A stretch of 64,000 nucleotides of DNA, from assembly GCA_031553535.1 (NCBI GenBank), contig JAVBLM010000005.1, positions 4,113 through 68,112 of the forward strand, in the 5' to 3' direction. Within the stretch, counting starts at the first letter, position 1; each line of letters begins with the position of its first letter. The DNA comes from Bacteroidales bacterium (GTDB lineage: Bacteria > Bacteroidota > Bacteroidia > Bacteroidales > WCHB1-69). The notes under the pieces are model-generated. The model worked only from the letters and a program-made list of their open reading frames with translations, searched no databases and was not told the DNA's origin. Position numbers and translations under genes: made by a program. Shown here in pieces: positions 35,231-42,649 of the stretch.

Positions 35231-35638
35231 TTAAAACTTTTCGGTATGCATTAATTTCGCCTGTCCGGAGATGATTACCTTCCCTTGGGGATCTTCAAGA
35301 ATGCATTGAATGATACCTCTGTGTTTCTCTTCATTGATTTCTATTGCCTCAAATTTGGCGGTGTATTCTATATCCACGAAAGCAGGGGCTTTGAAAAGAA
35401 GATCCTGAAACATGTAAATTGTTCCTTCTCCGGGCCATTGTGTGCCGAAAACTTTTGAAAAAACAGAAGCAGCGAAGATTCCGTGAATGATTGGCTTGCC
35501 AAAAGGAGTCTTTGCTGCATATTCCGCATTAGTATGTATAGGATTATGATCTCCTGATATTTCAGAGAATTGATTTACGTTGGCTTGTGTGAATTTCACT
35601 TTTTCGATGAAAGTATCGCCGATTTTAATTTTATTCAT
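35231..35638 (-). CDS. MaoC-family (R)-specific enoyl-CoA hydratase
   Basis: 135 aa with hydratase-2 motif FSEISGDHNPIHTNAEYA. Confidence 0.85.
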   Translation of the reverse strand: MNKIKIGDTFIEKVKFTQANVNQFSEISGDHNPIHTNAEYAAKTPFGKPIIHGIFAASVFSKVFGTQWPGEGTIYMFQDLLFKAPAFVDIEYTAKFEAIEINEEKHRGIIQCILEDPQGKVIISGQAKLMHTEKF

Positions 35639-35649
35639 TTATCTATATT

Positions 35650-36858
35650 TTAACAGGTTTTTATAATGATGGCTGTTCCCATACCGCCTCCTATGCATAA
35701 GGAAGCCAAGCCGTATTTTTTATGGTGATCTATAAGCTCATGAACTAAAGTTACCAAAATCCGATTGCCTGATGCCCCGATTGGGTGCCCTAAAGCAATG
35801 GCTCCTCCGTTGATGTTTGTTCTTTCATCGACCCATTGTCTGGAAACGCCATGTTCTTCTATTAATTCGTGAATAACTCCTAATGATTGTGCAGCAAAAG
35901 CTTCATTCAATTCAATTAAGTCTATATCTTTAAGCTTCATATCTGCCTTTTGTAATGCTTTGCGGATAGCCGGTACCGGGCCTAATCCCATAACAGCGGG
36001 ATCTACGCCTCCCTGTCCTACAGAGATGATTTCGGCTAAAGGCTTTAATCCGAGTTCTTTTACTTTATCTTCCGATGCGAGCAGGATAAAAGAAGCGCCG
36101 TCATTTACTCCCGATGCATTTCCTGCAGTTACGGTACCTTCTTTTTTAAAGGCCGGTTTTAACATCGCCAGCTTCTCAAGTGTAGAAGTTCTGTTTGGAA
36201 ACTCATCTTTGCTAAAAGTAAGAGTCTCTTTCTTCGCGATAAGGGGAACAGGTACGATTTCTTTCTCAAAAGCACCCGAATCAACCGCTTTAATAGCTTT
36301 TTGTTGCGAATTATATGCAAACTGATCCTGTGCTTCCCTTGAAATATCATATTTCTCAGCAATATTCTCAGCCGTGATACCCATGTGATAATCTTTGAAA
36401 GCATCGGTAAGGCCATCATTTACCATATGGTCAACTGCATGCAGATTACCCATTTTATATCCGGAACGAATGTCTCCACTTAAAATGAATCCGGCTTTTG
36501 ACATGTTTTCAGTACCTCCGGCCAATACAAGGTCGGCCTCGCCGACTTTAATATCAGCATAAGCATTCATTACGGCTTTCATTCCACTTCCACAAACCAT
36601 ATTAATACTATAAGCCGGTACTTCGGGAGGAATACCTGCCTTAATAGCGGCTTGGCGGATCACACCTTGTTTCTGCCCGGCGGACAATATGTTTCCTCCG
36701 ATCACTTCATCAATCTGCTCGGGTTTGACTCCGGTTTCTGCCAGAATATTTTCAATTACCAATGCTCCCAGTTCGCCGGGGGTGAAGTTTGTTAATGAAC
36801 CCATAAACTTACCGATGGGTGTTCTTTTGGCTGCGATAATAAATACTTTCTTTTCCAT
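35650..36858 (-). CDS. acetyl-CoA C-acetyltransferase (thiolase II)
   Basis: 402 aa with motifs VCGSGMKA, NEAFAAQ, GHPIGASG and CIGGGMG. Confidence 0.92.
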   Translation of the reverse strand: MEKKVFIIAAKRTPIGKFMGSLTNFTPGELGALVIENILAETGVKPEQIDEVIGGNILSAGQKQGVIRQAAIKAGIPPEVPAYSINMVCGSGMKAVMNAYADIKVGEADLVLAGGTENMSKAGFILSGDIRSGYKMGNLHAVDHMVNDGLTDAFKDYHMGITAENIAEKYDISREAQDQFAYNSQQKAIKAVDSGAFEKEIVPVPLIAKKETLTFSKDEFPNRTSTLEKLAMLKPAFKKEGTVTAGNASGVNDGASFILLASEDKVKELGLKPLAEIISVGQGGVDPAVMGLGPVPAIRKALQKADMKLKDIDLIELNEAFAAQSLGVIHELIEEHGVSRQWVDERTNINGGAIALGHPIGASGNRILVTLVHELIDHHKKYGLASLCIGGGMGTAIIIKTC

Positions 36859-36944
36859 GAATATTATTTAATATTTAGTGATTAATACTTGATGTTAAAT
36901 TGTATCCTCTAAATCCCCTGAAGGGGACTTGTGCTTTTTGTTTT

Positions 36945-37006
36945 TGTTATTTTATCTGTTTTATCCCTTTTATCGGTTTTATCCTTTCTGGTTGTTGCAT
37001 TCTGCA
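36945..37006 (-). repeat. core fragment of the MITE-like family (inverted orientation)
   Basis: The reverse complement reads GCAGAATGCAACAACCAGAAAGGATAAAACCGATAAAAGGGATAAAACAGATAAAA, matching the core of the copies at 51844 and 54908. It is preceded by hairpin TCCCC-TGAA-GGGGA (36916-36928). Confidence 0.55.
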
Positions 37007-37008
37007 TT

Positions 37009-37668
37009 TTAATTGATCATCGATTTGAGTGAATCAGAGATGATGAGCTTCGCTTCGGTTGCTTCCTGAACCTGCTCTACTGTAAACTCCGGGTTGATCT
37101 CTTTGAGTAAAACTCCCTTTTCGGTAATTTCCATGACACCCATTTCCGTGATAATCAAATTCACTTGCCCTTTTGCAGTAAGGGGTAGGGTGCATTTTTT
37201 TAGAATTTTAGGACTACCTTTTGCTGTATGTTCCATGGCCAGGATTACTTTTTTAGCACCTACAATCAGGTCCATGGCACCGCCCATGCCCGGAGTTAAT
37301 TTACCGGGAATCATCCAGTTGGCAAGGTCTCCGTTTTCGGCTACCTGCATTGCTCCAAGAATAGTTACATCTACATGTCCACCCCGTATCACTATGAAGG
37401 AGTCGCAGGAATCGAAAGAAGCCGCTCCCGGTCGAGCTGTGATGTAACCACCACCTGCATTTACAAGGTTAGGGTCTTCTTTTCCCAGTTCCGGTGTAGG
37501 TCCCATGCCTAATAATCCATTTTCGGATTGTAATGTTAATCTCACGTTTTCGGGAAGATAATTTGGAATAATGGTAGGTAAGCCAATTCCTAAATTAACC
37601 ACGTCACCGTCTTTAAGTTCGAGAGCTGCCCGTTTTGCAATGACTTCTCTGATCTGATTTTTATCCAT
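37009..37668 (-). CDS. atoA: 3-oxoacid (butyrate-acetoacetate) CoA-transferase, subunit B
   Basis: 219 aa with the catalytic-Glu motif LQSENGLLGMGP. Confidence 0.9.
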   Translation of the reverse strand: MDKNQIREVIAKRAALELKDGDVVNLGIGLPTIIPNYLPENVRLTLQSENGLLGMGPTPELGKEDPNLVNAGGGYITARPGAASFDSCDSFIVIRGGHVDVTILGAMQVAENGDLANWMIPGKLTPGMGGAMDLIVGAKKVILAMEHTAKGSPKILKKCTLPLTAKGQVNLIITEMGVMEITEKGVLLKEINPEFTVEQVQEATEAKLIISDSLKSMIN

Positions 37669-37691
37669 GATATTATGTGTTTTTATTGTTG

Positions 37692-37699
37692 CAAATTTA
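37692..37699 (-). promoter_or_regulatory. Bacteroidetes-type -7 promoter box (TAnnTTTG) for the atoA operon
   Basis: TAAATTTGCAAC on the minus strand, 23 nt upstream of the ATG at 37668. It lies between atoA and the repeat array. Confidence 0.5.
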
Positions 37700-37710
37700 C
37701 TTTATTTTTT

Positions 37711-37917
37711 TATAATCCTGTCATCCCTTCGGGATTTTATTGGTTTGTTATCCTGTATTTTCTACAATCCTGTCATCCCTTCGGAATTTTATTGGTTTGT
37801 AATCCTGTCTTTTCTACAATCCTATCATTCCTGGGGGATTTATTGGTATATTATTTTATGTTTTCTACAATACTGACAGCCCTATGGGATTTATTTGTGT
37901 GTTATTTTACATTTTCC
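37711..37917 (+). repeat. tandem hairpin-unit array, 51-52-nt period, 4 units (left flank of the Y1 transposase)
   Basis: Units start at 37711, 37763, 37815 and 37866. An example unit is TACAATCCTGTCATCCCTTCGGGATTTTATTGGTTTGTTATCCTGTATTTTC. Each carries an ATCCC-TTC-GGGAT-type hairpin. Confidence 0.9.
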
Positions 37918-38008
37918 TTGCAATCTATGCAAACTCAACCCCGAAGGGGTGTAAAGATTGTAGCACAAAATGATATGCCATTTTTTAAACCTCGAAGAGG
38001 TGATATAA

Positions 38009-38470
38009 TTAATCTAACCATTCAAACAAATATTTTTCATCATATTCAATTTCAAATTTGTGGAGAAAATCAATGTATTCTTCTTTGAAAGTTTTCTTTC
38101 GATGATGTTTTTCCTGGTTAGTAATATATTGATATACATTTTCGATTTGCGAATGTGAATAAGAAAACGCCCCATATCCTTCTTGCCAAGCAAATTTCCC
38201 TCTGAGAAATTTTTGTTCATTTATAAAATTAGTGGAATTGTTTTTGATGTCTCGCACCAAATCAGATATACGCATTGCCGGCTGTAATCCCACAAAAACA
38301 TGTACGTGGTCGGTAACGCCATTGACGATAATTGTTTTTTGATTTTTACCAGTTATGATACCTGAAATGTATTTGAATACTTCATCACGCCAAGGTTTTT
38401 GCAATAGGTTCTCCCTGCCTTTTACAGAAAAAATATATTGAATATATATTTGTGAAAATGTGCTTGGCAT
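38009..38470 (-). CDS. Y1 (HUH) transposase, IS200/IS605 family, RAYT-like
   Basis: 153 aa with HUH motif DHVHVFV and catalytic-Tyr region WQEGYGAFSYS, then YITNQEKHH. Confidence 0.8.
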   Translation of the reverse strand: MPSTFSQIYIQYIFSVKGRENLLQKPWRDEVFKYISGIITGKNQKTIIVNGVTDHVHVFVGLQPAMRISDLVRDIKNNSTNFINEQKFLRGKFAWQEGYGAFSYSHSQIENVYQYITNQEKHHRKKTFKEEYIDFLHKFEIEYDEKYLFEWLD

Positions 38471-38526
38471 AATTTTATGTTGTTTATCTTAGATTTGTTT
38501 TATAATTATTCCATTTATAATTCTAT

Positions 38527-38680
38527 TAATTATGTCATCCCTTCGGGATTTATAGGTTTGTTTTTTCTCTATTTTCTATAATCATATCATCCCTGCGGGG
38601 TTTTATTGATTTGTTATTTTACATTTCCTACAATCTTGTCATCTTTTCGAGATTTTTTCATATATCATACTGTTGTTCTG
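38527..38680 (+). repeat. tandem hairpin-unit array, about 51-nt period, 3 units (right flank of the Y1 transposase)
   Basis: Units start at 38527, 38577 and 38629. They belong to the same family and orientation as 37711-37917 (…TGTCATCCCTTCGGGATTTATAGGTTTG…). Confidence 0.85.
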
Positions 38681-38793
38681 TTCCAATTTTTCTATATTTA
38701 ACCCCGGAGGGGTGATATAATGAATCTTCTTGTTTCTAATTGGTTTGTCTTTGTTATCATATTATCATATCGGTTAATTGTCATATTGGTTAA

Positions 38794-39582
38794 TTACCCA
38801 TTCATCCTTCTATCCATCTCCTGAGCTATATACGAAGCTACATCATCCCCGTAGCTGTTCATGCCGAATCCGGCATCATACCCCAATTCTTTGGCCAGTT
38901 CATACGTAATACGAGGGCCACCGCAGGCAAGTATCACTTTATCCCTCAATCCCTCTGCTTCCAGCATTTCCACTAATTCCGTCAGGTTTTTGATGTGTAC
39001 ATCTTTTTGTGTCACTGTCTGTGAAACCAAAAGTGCGTCGGCTTTCATCTCAATGGCTTTGGCGATGAAATCTTCGTTAGAAACCTGGCTTCCCATATTA
39101 AGGGTTTCGAACATTTCATAACGCTCAAGGCCATAGTGTCCCGCATAACCTTTCATATTCATAATGGCATCAATGCCAACGGTATGGGCATCTGTGCCGG
39201 TACTGGCACCTAATACGATGATTTTGCGTCCGATATGCTCTTTAATAAACTCATCGGTTTCTTTCATACCCATAACCGTCGATTCTACTTTGGGTACATG
39301 GATAGCCGTAAAATCAACCGTATGAACAGAAGAACCATAGCAGTTAAAAAAAGTAAATCCTTTGGTCAATTCCTTGTAATAAACTACCTGGGGATTCTCG
39401 AACCCCATTTTTTTCAATAGCTGCTTTGCTGCTTCTATCGCTTCGTCGTTACAAGGAACCGGAAGGGTAAAACTGATCTGCGTTTTCCCGTCATTCATGG
39501 TATCCCCGTAAGGTTTTATCCGGGTTAAATCTAATGTTTGATCAAAATCACGTTGTTCTGTTGAATATAATCCACCACTCAT
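38794..39582 (-). CDS. kamE: D-lysine/beta-lysine 5,6-aminomutase, beta (cobalamin-binding) subunit
   Basis: 262 aa with B12-binding motif DxHxxG (GTDAHTVGID). Its ATG overlaps the kamD stop (TAATG). Confidence 0.9.
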   Translation of the reverse strand: MSGGLYSTEQRDFDQTLDLTRIKPYGDTMNDGKTQISFTLPVPCNDEAIEAAKQLLKKMGFENPQVVYYKELTKGFTFFNCYGSSVHTVDFTAIHVPKVESTVMGMKETDEFIKEHIGRKIIVLGASTGTDAHTVGIDAIMNMKGYAGHYGLERYEMFETLNMGSQVSNEDFIAKAIEMKADALLVSQTVTQKDVHIKNLTELVEMLEAEGLRDKVILACGGPRITYELAKELGYDAGFGMNSYGDDVASYIAQEMDRRMNG

Positions 39583-41141
39583 TATTGTTTTCCTCCTTTC
39601 ATGATTTTTATAAACGGGTTAAAATAGTTGTCTGCTTTTGCTACCACTCCGGCTAATCCTTTTCCTCCTGTTTTGGAACGTTTGATATCTGCAAAGATAC
39701 CTTTTTCCAATGCATCAAAAAGACCTTCTTTTTCAATGCTACTTAATAATTTGTGAGCTTCATCCAATACATGTTGTGCTCTTTTCCGGATGATGCCGTT
39801 TTCTTTAAACTCAACTTCATCACCGATGTTTTTCATATTACTGAAAATATATTTGGCATTCTCAATAGCCAAGTAGCGATCCGACATAAACGGAGTATGA
39901 ACAGCTTCGGTAATCATTCCCAGCAGTTGAAGTCCTTGTCCTGTCCAAATAGCAATTTCATTAAACAATGCATTCTGGATTTGTCCTTTAAAGATATTTC
40001 CGGTCATGAACTTGGTAGGAGGCATATATTTCAACGGTGCTTTAGGGAAAATTTCACGGGTCATTTGCGCTTGTGCCAATTCGTATAAGAACCCATTTTC
40101 GAGTTCGGGATTCATCTCAAAAGCATGTCCCAGGCCCATTTGTTCTTCGGGCATGCCGGCAAGCAGTGCCAACTGTTCGTTGATAAGGTCGGAAGCCAAA
40201 ACCGTATGTGCCTGTTCAAAAGCATCTGCCGTAGTAAGATAGTTATCTTCTCCCGTATTGATAATTACACCAGCGAAACCATTAATTGCTCTTGAAAAAT
40301 ATTGGTCGACAATGGTTCGTTGCGGGTTGATATCCCTGAATAAAATACCATACAAAGCATCGTTCAACATCACATCAAGGCGTTCCAAAGCTCCCATTGC
40401 CGCTATTTCGGGCATGCACAATCCTGAACAGTAGTTACATAATCGAATATATCGTCCTATTTCTTCACCTACTTCATCCAAGGCTTTTCGCATTATGCGG
40501 AAGTTCTCTTGGGTTGCGTAAGTTCCCCCGAACCCTTCGGTAGTTGCTCCATAGGGGACATAATCCAAAAGGCTTTGACCTGTTGTCCGGATTACGGCAA
40601 TAATATCGGCACCCTGTCTTGCAGCAGCTTGTGCCTGTATCACATCTTCGTAAATATTTCCCGTGGCAACAATAACATAAAGGTATGGTTTTGCTCCTTC
40701 CCCGATAGTCTTCAGATAATCATTGCGGCGTTGTACATTTGCTCTTATTCTATTGACCGTGGCTTGTACCAACGGGTTTATAGTTTGTATAATACGTTCT
40801 TTGGGGTTGATATTTAATGTAGTGATATCTATCTCTTCATTAGCAATCTTTTCTGCGATATCCTGAGGTTGCAATCCGGTTTCAATCATGGCATTGCCCA
40901 AATAAAAAAGTACTCCCTGGCTTAGAAGTCCTTTCTCATGTAGATGATTAACTACAATGTTTGGCAACGGGACTTCGTTGGCATCAATGCCGTCGATGCC
41001 TATTAAGCGGCATAACGTTCTTTCTACTGCAACCGTCGTATAATGGTTTACAAACTCCTGTACTTCTATGGCGATATTTTGGGCCAATTGCTTCGCTGCA
41101 TCTACCTTCTTAAAATCAAGACCCAATTTGCTGTTTGTCAT
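39582..41141 (-). CDS. kamD: D-lysine/beta-lysine 5,6-aminomutase, alpha subunit
   Basis: 519-aa TIM-barrel subunit of KamD length and sequence character, directly upstream of kamE. Confidence 0.88.
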   Translation of the reverse strand: MTNSKLGLDFKKVDAAKQLAQNIAIEVQEFVNHYTTVAVERTLCRLIGIDGIDANEVPLPNIVVNHLHEKGLLSQGVLFYLGNAMIETGLQPQDIAEKIANEEIDITTLNINPKERIIQTINPLVQATVNRIRANVQRRNDYLKTIGEGAKPYLYVIVATGNIYEDVIQAQAAARQGADIIAVIRTTGQSLLDYVPYGATTEGFGGTYATQENFRIMRKALDEVGEEIGRYIRLCNYCSGLCMPEIAAMGALERLDVMLNDALYGILFRDINPQRTIVDQYFSRAINGFAGVIINTGEDNYLTTADAFEQAHTVLASDLINEQLALLAGMPEEQMGLGHAFEMNPELENGFLYELAQAQMTREIFPKAPLKYMPPTKFMTGNIFKGQIQNALFNEIAIWTGQGLQLLGMITEAVHTPFMSDRYLAIENAKYIFSNMKNIGDEVEFKENGIIRKRAQHVLDEAHKLLSSIEKEGLFDALEKGIFADIKRSKTGGKGLAGVVAKADNYFNPFIKIMKGGKQ

Positions 41142-41202
41142 TATTATTTCTTTCTAATTACTATTTTTACTTTGTTGTTTTTCTTGTAAATAAAACATAT
41201 TG

Positions 41203-41210
41203 CAAATTTA
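41203..41210 (-). promoter_or_regulatory. Bacteroidetes-type -7 promoter box (TAnnTTTG) for kamDE
   Basis: TAAATTTGCAAT on the minus strand, 61 nt upstream of the ATG at 41141. Confidence 0.5.
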
Positions 41211-41529
41211 CATAAAAACTTCGAACCCGGATGAAAAGAGAGATGAGACTTTTCAATATACGGAAATGAATAATAATAAAATTATCAAAGAAGATAATTA
41301 GTCGATTATTTGCAGGGTAATTATACATTTGCTGATTAATATAATTTTTGACAAGTTCATTATTTCTTTAGTAGACAATGGTACAATTATGTACTAAATT
41401 TAACGACTAAGATATTATTTTCTTAGGAAGGAATTTGTTTTTGAAATGGGTTTGTTTAAAAATAACATCTCTTGGTAGGACAAAACCCTATATTCGTTGA
41501 TTATAGTTTTAAGTTTAGGAAATAGATTT

Positions 41530-41537
41530 TACCTTTG
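41530..41537 (+). promoter_or_regulatory. orphan -7 promoter box
   Basis: TACCTTTG on the + strand, about 95 nt upstream of the terminator at 41630-41661. Confidence 0.3.
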
Positions 41538-41629
41538 TGTCGTAAATAATCTATTCATAATAAAAATATTAAGTTTTATTTTTTCTCTGTTATTAATTCA
41601 GTAGTTTTATCAGGTCTTTTTAACAATGA

Positions 41630-41661
41630 AGCCGGCTCAGTATTGGGTCGGCTATTTTTTA
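41630..41661 (+). terminator. orphan intrinsic terminator
   Basis: 7-bp stem AGCCGGC (41630-36) / GTCGGCT (41647-53, one G-U pair), followed by ATTTTTT. Confidence 0.5.
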
Positions 41662-41835
41662 TGCTTGGCTATGCCTTTTTGTTTCAGGGAAAGTAAAGAA
41701 CAAGAGAGACAATCGGGATTTTCCGGTTAATTCCCGTCTATCAGTTGATGCCAACCATTCTGGACATCCTGAATCCTTCTCATCGATTGATGGCCAATAT
41801 TTAAGGCTTTTGAACTCTTTTAAGAGGTTACAGGT

Positions 41836-42060
41836 AGTCCATCTGTCACGACAGAATTACTCCCCGCGATTAAGGGGAACCATCCCGCCAGGACAGAATT
41901 ACTCCCCACGATTAAAGGGAACCATCCTGTCAGGACAGATTTACTCCCCACGATTAAGGGGAACCATCCTGTCAGAACAGATTTACTCCCCGCGATTGAG
42001 GGGAACCATCCCGCCAGGACAGGATTATCCTCCGAAATTTCGGACAGGCAATCTTTCAAC
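41836..42060. repeat. tandem array, 42-nt period, 4 good units plus degenerate flanking units (array 2)
   Basis: Units start at 41851, 41893, 41935, 41977 and 42019. An example unit is ACAGAATTACTCCCCGCGATTAAGGGGAACCATCCCGCCAGG. Each has a CTCCCC-N8-GGGGAA hairpin. Confidence 0.9.
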
Positions 42061-42323
42061 TATATTCTTTTCATAGGATCATGGGTTGCCAATTTGTTAT
42101 GAAATATGTTGCCTGCTATTATGTGTTTACGATTTTTTTTCAATCCATAAAATGCTTGTCGATACATTTTTACTGCTTTATTCGATTGTTTTGTTCCGGC
42201 AGACCGGTTGTTGATTCTTTTTTGAATATTTAATCTATCTATCTTACAATTAGTCTTATGTCCCGGTTGTAAATTGTTGATAATTTTTCTTCCTTTTCAG
42301 ACTCTTTTTTATGACAGAAAGTA

Positions 42324-42331
42324 TACTTTTG
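42324..42331 (+). promoter_or_regulatory. Bacteroidetes-type -7 promoter box (TAnnTTTG) for the riboswitch-nrdDG transcript
   Basis: TACTTTTG, 8 nt upstream of the riboswitch P1 region. Confidence 0.5.
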
Positions 42332-42339
42332 TAAGTGAT

Positions 42340-42512
42340 TTATGGTTCCCGGATTTACTAAGAAGATAACAGGGATTAAAAGGGAATCCTGTGAGAGTCA
42401 GGAACTATCCCCGTAGCTGTAAGTTTCATCAAGGAGATGCATCCTTTTGCCACTGGCTATATGCCGGGAAGGCCGCATAAGTCCGAAACAAGTCAGAAGA
42501 CCTGCCATAGAA
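42340..42512 (+). promoter_or_regulatory. cobalamin (B12) riboswitch aptamer
   Basis: Conserved core elements are present in order: GGTTCC, AAAAGGGAATCCTGTGAGA, CCCCGTAGCTGTAAG, GCCACTGG, GGGAAGGC, and B12-box AGTCAGAAGACCTGCC. P1 closes as TATGG / CCATA. Confidence 0.8.
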
Positions 42513-42549
42513 AACAAGATCCGGTGCTTTCGGGCGAAGAGCAGGAGAT

Positions 42550-42594
42550 GAGAATTATTCTTGAAAGATGAATATTCTCTTTCTTTTTTCTTTT
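42550..42594 (+). terminator. riboswitch expression-platform terminator
   Basis: Stem GAGAATTATTC (42550-60) / GAATATTCTC (42570-79) with one bulge, then TTTCTTTTTTCTTTT. It lies 55 nt upstream of the nrdD ATG. Confidence 0.65.
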
Positions 42595-42649
42595 AGACAT
42601 TGTGGGCATTAGATTTTATAATAAAACAATAATTATTTAAATAAATAAT

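Larger units (their letters stand above)
37988..38726 (-). mobile_element. IS200/IS605-like or RAYT-like unit bounded by two directly repeated 27-nt hairpin sequences
   Basis: AACCTCGAAGAGGTGATATAATTAATC (37988-38014) and AACCCCGGAGGGGTGATATAATGAATC (38700-38726) match at 23/27 positions. Two of the four differences are compensatory within the stem. They enclose the tnpA-like gene, and the span of about 740 bp is IS200-sized. Confidence 0.55.

Noticed and set aside
37667-38088. ORFs 37667-37876 and 37675-38088 (+), hydrophobic repeat proteins next to atoA.
   Set aside because: They are translations of the 52-nt hairpin array, and they run antisense into the 3' end of the transposase gene.
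41810-42076. ORFs 41810-42076 (+) and 41820-42059 (-), which encode YSPRLRGTI-type repeats.
   Set aside because: They are read-through of tandem array 2 on both strands, the same artefact as in array 1.
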